This document shows, in pieces, positions 8,577 to 15,359 of a stretch of DNA of 15,359 nucleotides. The stretch's first letter is position 1. Each line of letters begins with the position of its first letter. This DNA is from Candidatus Wukongarchaeum yapensis (GTDB lineage: Archaea > Asgardarchaeota > Wukongarchaeia > Wukongarchaeales > Wukongarchaeaceae). The position numbers and the translations under genes were made by a program. The notes beneath the pieces are model-generated. The model was not told where the DNA came from and did not search any database. It saw nothing but the letters and a program-made list of their open reading frames with translations. The stretch lies in contig JAEOSI010000028.1 of NCBI GenBank assembly GCA_016840425.1, forward strand, positions 1 to 15,359, in the 5' to 3' direction.

Positions 8577-9005
8577 GTGAGTATGACTGGAATTGGAATC
8601 TCTTCTGATGCCCTTGAAAAATTTAACAAACAAAAAATGGAACGAAGCATAAAAGGCCTGATTTTCCGAATAGATGAGGCCTCTGGGGAAGTAGTTGTCG
8701 AAACAGAAACCAACGACTCTTTTGAAGAATTAGTACAAAGATTTCCAATAAATGAACCAAGATTTGCTACTTACGATTTTCCTTTCGTAAACCGTGCAGG
8801 GTTAGAAGATACTAGGCTACTATTTATCTTCTGGAGCCCAGATGACGCTCCAATTAAATTAAAAATGCTTTTTGCCGGTACTAAAAATTTCTTCAGATCA
8901 CAACTTGACACAGTGATGATTAATATTGAAGGCACAGCTCTTAAAGACTTTTCAAAAGATAAAATAGTTAAAAGGATAGAAGAAAGAGTGGGAATAAACC
9001 GCTAA
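8577..9005 (+). CDS. ADF/cofilin-family (ADF-H domain) actin-binding protein
   Basis: Full-length colinear match to eukaryotic cofilins: TGIGISSD (yeast SGVAVADE), FNKQK (FNDLK), RFATYDF (LYAIYDF), RLLFIFWSPDDAPIKLKMLFAGTK ([24 protein letters not shown]), IEGT (VQGT). 142 aa versus about 143 aa. Confidence 0.9.
   Translation: MSMTGIGISSDALEKFNKQKMERSIKGLIFRIDEASGEVVVETETNDSFEELVQRFPINEPRFATYDFPFVNRAGLEDTRLLFIFWSPDDAPIKLKMLFAGTKNFFRSQLDTVMINIEGTALKDFSKDKIVKRIEERVGINR
8934..8957 (+). repeat. 24-bp exact direct repeat, copy 1 (cofilin codons T120-K127)
   Basis: ACAGCTCTTAAAGACTTTTCAAAA, identical to 9784-9807. Confidence 0.9.
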
Positions 9006-9118
9006 AAAGCAAACATTAATAAAAATAAAATTTTTCAAAAAAAGATCTTTTTGCCCAATATTTTGAGAAAAAAAGGGAACGGTTTAAAAGGTAGGATTTG
9101 GGGATGGAGGGAGAGCCT

Positions 9119-9556
9119 TTATAAAGTGTCAATAGCCATTCGTGCTTCAACACGCTTTAACCGTTCATCTATCGAATCTATTTTCTGCTCTAAACCATCT
9201 ATTTTCTGCTCTAAACTATTTATATTCTCATTTAACTCCATCATCGCTTTATCTATGGCTGGAACGGTCTCTTCAGTTTCTATAAACGCAATCGTAGCCA
9301 TCCTATCCATGAGGTTTTTAACTGATCGTTCAAGTTGCCAATCCATAGCAGGCGCAGCCAGATTACTAAAACAAGATTTTAAACCTTTTAACAAGTTAGT
9401 TTCGTTAACCTTCTGGATAGCTATGCTCTCTTCAACCCTGTTACCTAAAAGGATCTCCATCCGCCACCCGCTATTCGCACGTCTCATCCTGATAACGTAA
9501 GATATTCCAGGAATCTTTTCCTCGACAACATCATCACTTATATGACCATAGCTCAA
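9119..9556 (-). CDS. Hypothetical protein with an N-terminal alpha/beta region and a C-terminal heptad coiled coil
   Basis: C-terminus reads LNENINS-LEQKIDG-LEQKIDS-IDERLKR-VEAR. The likely start is TTG 9556, 9 nt after GGAGG. The track start is 9592. Confidence 0.75.
   Translation of the reverse strand: MSYGHISDDVVEEKIPGISYVIRMRRANSGWRMEILLGNRVEESIAIQKVNETNLLKGLKSCFSNLAAPAMDWQLERSVKNLMDRMATIAFIETEETVPAIDKAMMELNENINSLEQKIDGLEQKIDSIDERLKRVEARMAIDTL
9176..9216. repeat. Tandem 20-bp exact duplication with 21-bp period, encoding the LEQKID heptads
   Basis: ATCTATTTTCTGCTCTAAAC at 9176-9195 and 9197-9216. Confidence 0.85.
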
Positions 9557-9774
9557 ACCAAATTTCCTCCATAAAAAACCCTTAATATCCAAACTTTATA
9601 AAAAAGAACTATTCCCTAAAATATTAAACACATAAAAAACTTTAAACCTATTGCCTACTCTACACCCAACTAAAAGCCAAAAAATAAAAACCTTTAACCT
9701 AATCTTTTTAAATCCCAAAAAATTTCAAAAAACATAAAGAGATATTAAAATAATATAAGAACCTACAAAAAAGG

Positions 9775-9807
9775 ACAGCTCTTACAGCTCTTAAAGACTT
9801 TTCAAAA
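9775..9807 (+). repeat. 24-bp exact direct repeat, copy 2 (9784-9807), preceded by a tandem extra ACAGCTCTT (9775-9783)
   Basis: Identical to 8934-8957. Intergenic, upstream of the thioredoxin reductase gene. Confidence 0.9.
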
Positions 9808-9848
9808 AAAGATTGATGCAAAAAATCCTAATAAGAGGTGTAATATTT

Positions 9849-10781
9849 TTGACCGAAGTAAAAGATTTTGATGTTTTGATAATTGGGGCGGGACCTGCAG
9901 GGTTAACTGCTGCAATATATACAAGCAGGGCCAACTTAAAAGTGTGTGTGATAGGGGAATCTTTTGACTCACAACTTGCAAAAGCGGGAATTGTTGAAAA
10001 CTATCCTGGTTTCTCTGAAGGCATACAAGGCATGGATCTTTCAACAAGAATGATTGATCAAGCTCAGAAATATGGGGCATTTATAGAGGAAGTATTAGTG
10101 AAAAAGATAACAAAAGAAGATGATAGCTTTCTAGTAGAAGCGGGCAGTGAGTTATATAAAGGGAAAGTCCTAATCCTTGCTACAGGCGCCAAATATCGGG
10201 AATTAGGGTTTCCGGGGGAGAAAGAGTTTTATCAACGAGGCGTAAGCTATTGTGAAGTTTGTGACGGTCCCTTATATCGACGTAAAAATGTAGCCATAGT
10301 AGGTCACGGAAACAGCCTCGCCAAAGCAGCAGTTTTCATGTCGCCAATAGCGAAACGATTATCCCTTGTAATCATCAAAGAAGAACTAATCTGTGAAGCT
10401 GTTTATAAGGATCGCTTAGCAAAAATGGACAACGTAGAATTTTTCTATGGTGCTGAACCTCTAGAAGTTATTGGGGGGGATACTGTAGAAAAGCTCAAAA
10501 TAAAAATAAAAACAGGCGAAGAAAAAACCTTAGAAATATCAGGCATCTTCGTCACTGCAGGCACAGTACCCAACTCAGAGCTAGCGAAATCCTTAGGTTT
10601 AGAACTTACAAAAAACGACTTCGTCAAGGTGAAAAATAAAACAACCCTTGAAACAGAAATCCCAGGATGTTTTGTAGCAGGCGATCTCACAGGAGGAAGA
10701 AGACAAATAGCTACGGCGATCGGAGAAGGCGCTTCCGCAGGCATAAGCGCAACAAAATACATCCAATCCCTACAAAAATAA
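9849..10781 (+). CDS. trxB: Low-molecular-weight thioredoxin reductase-like flavoprotein with atypical NAD(P)H-binding motifs
   Basis: IIGAGPAGLTAAIY, ENYPGF, ATGA, GVSYCEVCDG (CxxC), FVAGD, RQIATAIGEG. The likely start is TTG 9849, 8 nt after GAGGTG. The track start is 9813. Confidence 0.9.
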   Translation: MTEVKDFDVLIIGAGPAGLTAAIYTSRANLKVCVIGESFDSQLAKAGIVENYPGFSEGIQGMDLSTRMIDQAQKYGAFIEEVLVKKITKEDDSFLVEAGSELYKGKVLILATGAKYRELGFPGEKEFYQRGVSYCEVCDGPLYRRKNVAIVGHGNSLAKAAVFMSPIAKRLSLVIIKEELICEAVYKDRLAKMDNVEFFYGAEPLEVIGGDTVEKLKIKIKTGEEKTLEISGIFVTAGTVPNSELAKSLGLELTKNDFVKVKNKTTLETEIPGCFVAGDLTGGRRQIATAIGEGASAGISATKYIQSLQK

Positions 10782-10900
10782 ATAAAACAGCTATAAAACG
10801 CTTAAACAAGGGAAAAAAACCTTCACAAATTTTTTATATTTTTAATCGCATTTCTAATTACCTTAAAAACCTTATTTGAACAAGAAAGGAGTTTAACCCA

Positions 10901-11260
10901 ATGGCTAGTGAAATATGGATAATTATCGACCTCGTGCTAATGACCTTAGCAATAGCAGCAACAGTAAAAGTATTAAATGAACCCGTAAACCTCCCATGGC
11001 TACAAATCCTTATAAGCGCACTTATAACGATGGCTGTATGGTGGTTCGCACCTTTAATCCCTATAGTCTTCGCCTTCGTCGCTCTAATATTGTGCTGGCA
11101 CCTATTCTTCCTAAGGGGAAGAGAAGGTTGGGGTAGGTGCATAATCGCTGCACTAATAGCCTTCATAATATTCATAATACTTGAAATAATCGTCGGCGGC
11201 ATATTCGAAGCTATCGACGAAGCTGTAGACTCTGCATGGGAAAGCGCAACAGAAACTTAA
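10901..11260 (+). CDS. Small membrane protein (about 4 TM helices, acidic C-terminal tail)
   Basis: Hydrophobic segments and AGGAG at 10887-10891. No family recognised. Confidence 0.75.
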   Translation: MASEIWIIIDLVLMTLAIAATVKVLNEPVNLPWLQILISALITMAVWWFAPLIPIVFAFVALILCWHLFFLRGREGWGRCIIAALIAFIIFIILEIIVGGIFEAIDEAVDSAWESATET

Positions 11261-11341
11261 AAAATCAACTAAAACACAAAAAACAAAAAAAGACAAGCAA
11301 ATACATCGATCCCCCTCCCCCCCCGTCTCTTTTTATTATTT

Positions 11342-12346
11342 TTAGGGGAATAAAAAACACGCAGGATCTCGATCCGTCTTTAAACATCGGGCCCTCGCTG
11401 GACAACCACCACAAATCCCATTATAAGAGCATGCCCTACACTTTTCCACTTCAAACAGTTTAAGTTTCATTTTCGCCTCCTCAAGGAGACTTTCCAAGCT
11501 TTTGCCTCGAATATTTCCCAAAGAAAAATCGATAAAAGGACAGCCTCTAACCTCTCCATTCTCCATCACATGAAAGGTTTCACCCAAAGAGCACAACTTC
11601 CTCTTGGGGGATACAATTTTTTCTTGCTCAGCTATCACACCATACAAGGGCTCATAGACTGAAACATGTGTTTTCAAAAAACTTCCTCCTTCCTCCTGGT
11701 TTCCTATTATTTCTCCCATTGGAACTGCTTTCCAATTCCTTGCAAGAGTCCTCAAAAGTTTCTCATACTCCAATAAATCTGGGAGCAAAAAAGTTGAAGC
11801 ACCCCTACCGGCAGGTATCAAAGCTAAAACATCACAATAAACTCCAAAATTCTTACACATTTCAACAATCTTTTCTACTTCTCCAATATTTATCCTTGTA
11901 ACCACAATACCCACGCTACAAGTCAAACCTTCTCCAACAGCTTTCTTTAATTTTCCAATAACATTATCCACTGAATAATTCTTCACAGTAAAAAGTCGGT
12001 AAATTTCCCCATCAAGGGCGGGCAAGTTTATAGACACGCCTACTTCAAACCTTCTCAAACAACTTATCACCCGATCATTAAGTAAAAGCCCATTAGTGGC
12101 AATAAGTAGCTTTAACCCAAAATTTTTCGCATACTCCATTAACTCAAAAAGATCTTTTCTCATCAAAGGCTCTCCTCCAGTAAACAAAAAACTTCTTGCC
12201 CCGGCTTCAGAAGCATACTGTATCAACATTTTTGCCTCCCTAGTGCTCAACTCATCCTCCCCTTTATTCCCCGCATCTAGATAACAATGAACACATCTTA
12301 AATTGCATGCTTTGGTAGTATTCCATGCAACATGGATGATGCTCAA
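11342..12346 (-). CDS. Radical SAM / SPASM-domain protein (NirJ/AhbC/AhbD/PqqE-like)
   Basis: WNTTKACNLRCVHCY (CxxxCxxC), FTGGEPLMR, ATNG; SPASM cysteines CSLG..GEVRGCPF..GNI..CRAC..CGGCPARA..DPAC. TTG start with GGTGG upstream. Confidence 0.88.
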   Translation of the reverse strand: MSIIHVAWNTTKACNLRCVHCYLDAGNKGEDELSTREAKMLIQYASEAGARSFLFTGGEPLMRKDLFELMEYAKNFGLKLLIATNGLLLNDRVISCLRRFEVGVSINLPALDGEIYRLFTVKNYSVDNVIGKLKKAVGEGLTCSVGIVVTRINIGEVEKIVEMCKNFGVYCDVLALIPAGRGASTFLLPDLLEYEKLLRTLARNWKAVPMGEIIGNQEEGGSFLKTHVSVYEPLYGVIAEQEKIVSPKRKLCSLGETFHVMENGEVRGCPFIDFSLGNIRGKSLESLLEEAKMKLKLFEVEKCRACSYNGICGGCPARARCLKTDRDPACFLFP

Positions 12347-12459
12347 AATACGCGACCACCAACAACCCTATATTATTAACAAAAAAGAAAATTTACAAAT
12401 AAAAAATAAAAACCTTGAATCTGCTCTCTCGCCACCTCTTATTTAGACTATCATATTTT

Positions 12460-12720
12460 TTAAATGAGGCGCATCTCAAAGTATACGAGTATTTTTATTT
12501 TTCGAGCTTGAAAAAAATCGGCAATCTCCCCTATTTTTTCTTTTACTTTTTCAATGCTATTGAACCAATCAGAAGCATAAATTTTACACCCTTCATCTTC
12601 ACCCATCCTATCATAAGTAAAACCGTCAGGTATCTCTATATCTTGGGGAGCCATAATCTCCACACGGAATTCTCCATGCCGATCATTAGAAATGCCTACA
12701 TAAATCTCAGCATACGCCAA
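12460..12720 (-). CDS. Small acidic hypothetical protein, 86 aa
   Basis: GGGGTGA SD shortly before the TTG. Globular alpha/beta-like composition. Fills an intergenic gap. Confidence 0.65.
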   Translation of the reverse strand: MAYAEIYVGISNDRHGEFRVEIMAPQDIEIPDGFTYDRMGEDEGCKIYASDWFNSIEKVKEKIGEIADFFQARKIKILVYFEMRLI

Positions 12721-12866
12721 AACATCACCCCATTCTTCTCAATAATAATATTACGTTAACATCCCTTATAAAATAAATATGGTCATCAGAAAAACAAAAA
12801 CCCTAAAAATCCCGCTAAAAAAAGCTACGCTATAAACATATTAACCCCTAAAACAATCCCCTCTCC

Positions 12867-14744
12867 CTAGGAAGAGATTTTTAATGCTTTCACGGCAATA
12901 CAGCGGAAACCCTGACCGCCACGATAAGCAATCTGAACATCTCCCATTTTATCAAACTCTATTTTCAAATCTACATGCTCCTTTTTCCTCTCTCTTTTTA
13001 AAGCCTTTTTAACAAAAATATCTCCCGAGATTATTTTTATTTGATCTCCTATGTCTGCGTCTCGTGGTAAATTTTTATGCGGCACTTTTAATTTTATATT
13101 ATACTCCAACTCCCAATTTCTAACAACTAACACCGTTTCCTTATCTTTAATATCTTGTCGTTGAAGAATATCAGTCCAGCTTCTTAAGGCATGGTGAGCA
13201 TCATTAATCGGTGTAGGTTTAGTTCTAATAAGCCCTTTTATCTTCAAAGGTTTAGCGTCCATCTTTTTTTGAAAGGTTTCAAGTTTTTCAGTCGTCCATC
13301 CTTTTGTCTTGTATAAATCTATCATTTGCTTTAATAGTTTAGAATACTCGTTTATAAATCGATAATTTTCAGCAAAAAGGCTCATATACAACTTTTGCAA
13401 CATTATTACTCCTAAATCAGCAGTCAACAAATCTTCATTCTCCGCAAGCTTTAAGGCATATTCTAAAATTTTTTTCACATTTTCATGCTTTTTTTCCGTG
13501 AAAAAACTGCTCGCAAGATCAACTAAAAAATCTATCACAATACGAGAATTCTTCAAGTCAGGTAATCTTTCATACCCTCTCAAAGCCGCTAAAGCGGTGA
13601 AAAGTCCATCGTTAGCCTCTATTTGATCCTTTATCTCCCATTCCTCACATTTACGACTAAATAAACTGAAATAAAATTCTGCTTTCTCATAACTCTCGGT
13701 TAAAATAAGCAATAAAATTCTCAAAAAATGAATCATCGCTTTAACCCTATTAGATACTTTCGGGTTAAACAACAACGACTTATTAGCTTCCTCAATACGG
13801 CTCGCAGCCTGATATATATCCCCGGATCCTGCCCGGTAAAGATGAGCTAAAGCGGAAAAATAGTTCAACAAAAGGTAATCGATAGCCGTTTGCCGACAAG
13901 CAAATAGATGGACATCCTTACTTGCAGTCAGAGAAAGAAGGAGAAGATTGTATTCAAACTCCTTTAAATACTGATCAATTTCATTGCTCAGCTCAGAATA
14001 GCGCTCCTCCTTAAGTTCTTCCAAAAATTTCGGAAAATATTCCCTAATTTGCTGAACAAGTCCTAAAAAGGGCTCCGCTTCCCTCTCTAAAAGCTTTTCT
14101 TTCTCTCGACTTTTTTGCGGTAGTTCAACACGTTCTTCTATTTTTTGATAGGTATCCCTCACTTTTGCCTGTTCTTCGATCACTTTCCTTGCCTGTTCTT
14201 CGATCAATTTAATCCGTTTAACAGGATCATATAACTCCTGCCGCTTTATGGAATAACGCACCTCATCAGCCCAAATATCATCCCGAATAATTTTTAGTAC
14301 CCGTCTAAGCGTCGACCCCGTCGTTTTTTCAAAAAGTTTTAACAACCATGCACTCCCCATCAGTCCCTTAACCTCGAACTGTTTAGCGGTTTCAAGGAGT
14401 TTAAAATCGCTCGACACAATAACCGCTTTTCCAAGTTTCTTTGCCGCAACGATTAGAGAAAGATCAGGGATTTGAGGAAGAGAATTTTTATCGATAGGAT
14501 CTTTTAAAAGCTCTTTTATCTCGTTTCTGCTGACTTTCACTATCTCTACATGCTTCTTGACCTCTGTTTGGATGTATCGCCTTAGTTCCCTTAAAATAAA
14601 GTCTGAAGTGAAGAGATTGTAATTATGAGCTTCACAGATTTCGCGTAAAGTTGCAAGTCGTGCAGGATATTTTGAAAAAGAGCTTATGAATACATTGGCA
14701 TCCAACACAAAATCAGTTGATAGGCCCAGAGACATCTCCTCCAA
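12867..14744 (-). CDS. Multidomain protein: N-terminal PIN ribonuclease domain, coiled-coil linker, TPR-like helical region, beta-rich (OB-like) C-terminus
   Basis: PIN motifs FVLDANV, ILRELRR, IPDLSL..AA, IVSSDFKL. The middle is helical and Leu/Ala-rich. The C-terminus alternates like beta strands (VLVVRNW, IKLKV, DIGDQIKII). ATG 14735 is an alternative start. Confidence 0.75.
   Translation of the reverse strand: MEEMSLGLSTDFVLDANVFISSFSKYPARLATLREICEAHNYNLFTSDFILRELRRYIQTEVKKHVEIVKVSRNEIKELLKDPIDKNSLPQIPDLSLIVAAKKLGKAVIVSSDFKLLETAKQFEVKGLMGSAWLLKLFEKTTGSTLRRVLKIIRDDIWADEVRYSIKRQELYDPVKRIKLIEEQARKVIEEQAKVRDTYQKIEERVELPQKSREKEKLLEREAEPFLGLVQQIREYFPKFLEELKEERYSELSNEIDQYLKEFEYNLLLLSLTASKDVHLFACRQTAIDYLLLNYFSALAHLYRAGSGDIYQAASRIEEANKSLLFNPKVSNRVKAMIHFLRILLLILTESYEKAEFYFSLFSRKCEEWEIKDQIEANDGLFTALAALRGYERLPDLKNSRIVIDFLVDLASSFFTEKKHENVKKILEYALKLAENEDLLTADLGVIMLQKLYMSLFAENYRFINEYSKLLKQMIDLYKTKGWTTEKLETFQKKMDAKPLKIKGLIRTKPTPINDAHHALRSWTDILQRQDIKDKETVLVVRNWELEYNIKLKVPHKNLPRDADIGDQIKIISGDIFVKKALKRERKKEHVDLKIEFDKMGDVQIAYRGGQGFRCIAVKALKISS
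14165..14206. repeat. 18-bp exact duplication with 24-bp period (IEEQA x2) in the PIN-protein linker
   Basis: TTGCCTGTTCTTCGATCA at 14165-14182 and 14189-14206. Confidence 0.85.
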
Positions 14745-14841
14745 AATAAAAAGTAGATTTTATTTATGTTAAACTTTTCAGATTTTTCCGGATTTTCGAA
14801 AAGTATTTACAACTGAAGAAAAAAGTTTTAGGGAGTTAAAA

Positions 14842-15354
14842 ATGGCTTCGATAAGCGAGTTTTTGAAATATGAAGATTTTGCAAAAGAGAAAGGAGCAGT
14901 TAACGCGAAAATAATCCCTGCTTCCGCCGTAATAGTTGATAATAGGATCAGGCTCAAATGCAGGTTTGGCTGTCCATTTTACTTTACCCACTGGATGTGC
15001 CCTCGCCAACATGACATAACTCCCTGGATTTTCAAAGAAAGATTTCTAACCTGCTATGACTGGGCCTTAATAACCCATGCATATACATATGAAGACAACC
15101 AAAGGATCGCTTTTGAAGTTGAAAGAAAAGCATTTTTAGACGGGTACGTCCTCGCATTTTCTATCGCCAATTGTACCCTTTGTGAACCATGCAAATATCC
15201 CGAACCCTGCCCCCACCCAGAAAAGGCTAGACCATCACCTTCAAGCTTAGGTATCAACATCTTTGAAACAGTCAAAAAACAAGGATTCTACATAGAAACA
15301 CTAAAAAAGAAAACTGAAGAACAAAACTGGTACTCGATCGTTCTCATAGATTAA
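14842..15354 (+). CDS. DUF2284 family predicted metal-binding protein
   Basis: LKCRFGCPFY..HWMCP, CTLCEPC..PCPHPEKARPS..LGINIFETV. GGGAG upstream of the ATG. Confidence 0.85.
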   Translation: MASISEFLKYEDFAKEKGAVNAKIIPASAVIVDNRIRLKCRFGCPFYFTHWMCPRQHDITPWIFKERFLTCYDWALITHAYTYEDNQRIAFEVERKAFLDGYVLAFSIANCTLCEPCKYPEPCPHPEKARPSPSSLGINIFETVKKQGFYIETLKKKTEEQNWYSIVLID

Positions 15355-15359
15355 AAACA

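Noticed and set aside
8577-9005. Cofilin-like gene as profilin, gelsolin or roadblock, or as a eukaryotic contaminant fragment
   Set aside because: The motifs WSPD.AP and K.KM.(Y/F)A are ADF-H specific. The gene has an SD, a TATA box and no intron, shares the local composition, and shares a 24-bp repeat with nearby DNA. Chimerism still needs a read-level check.
9032-9046. TTTTCAAAAAAAGAT, matching 9799-9813, as a third repeat copy
   Set aside because: Low complexity. TTTTCAAA occurs several times in this AT-rich window.
8958-9783. Segment between the 24-bp repeats as a mobile element
   Set aside because: No transposase, integrase or terminal inverted repeats, so it is reported only as a repeat-bracketed segment.
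11311-11325. Poly-C tract (poly-G on the minus strand) as a G-quadruplex or RNA gene
   Set aside because: Only two adjacent G-runs and no convincing stem. It lies between convergent genes next to T-tracts and is probably terminator-associated.
14773-14804. Palindromic elements (TTTTCGAAAA; ACTTTTC...GAAAAGT) between the PIN and DUF2284 genes
   Set aside because: Short, AT-rich, with symmetry centres that do not coincide. Too weak to call an operator.
768-15275. Short track ORFs overlapping or antisense to the called genes (e.g. 768-989, 2720-3067, 3276-3647, 9051-9500, 10858-11202, 12415-12759, 15054-15275)
   Set aside because: They are shadow frames of well-supported genes, with no motifs or ribosome-binding sites and Phe/Ser/Leu-rich antisense composition.
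1-15359. CRISPR array, tRNA or rRNA genes
   Set aside because: No regularly spaced repeat-spacer series and no cloverleaf or rRNA-like stretch. The intergenic gaps are short and AT-rich.

Overview
AT-rich, gene-dense, intron-free prokaryotic DNA with archaeal signals: GGAGG/GGTGA ribosome-binding sites, TATA-like boxes, a Bax1/DUF790 nuclease and an archaeal-type dUTPase. The standout gene (8577-9005) encodes a 142-aa protein that matches eukaryotic ADF/cofilin over its whole length and keeps the actin-binding motifs. Together with the archaeal context this points to an Asgard archaeon (inference). The cofilin gene sits next to two convergent membrane proteins with tandem zinc ribbons and a coiled-coil protein. 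A 24-bp piece of its 3' coding region is exactly repeated 850 bp downstream. Other genes: a flavodiiron protein (FprA), a YbjN-like protein, an epimerase plus GT2 pair, a thioredoxin reductase lacking the NADPH-binding motifs, a radical SAM/SPASM enzyme, a PIN-helical-beta multidomain protein, DUF2284 and several small hypotheticals. I saw no rRNA, tRNA, CRISPR array, transposase or integrase. All family assignments come from motif recognition by eye, and reference sequences are recalled from memory, not searched.
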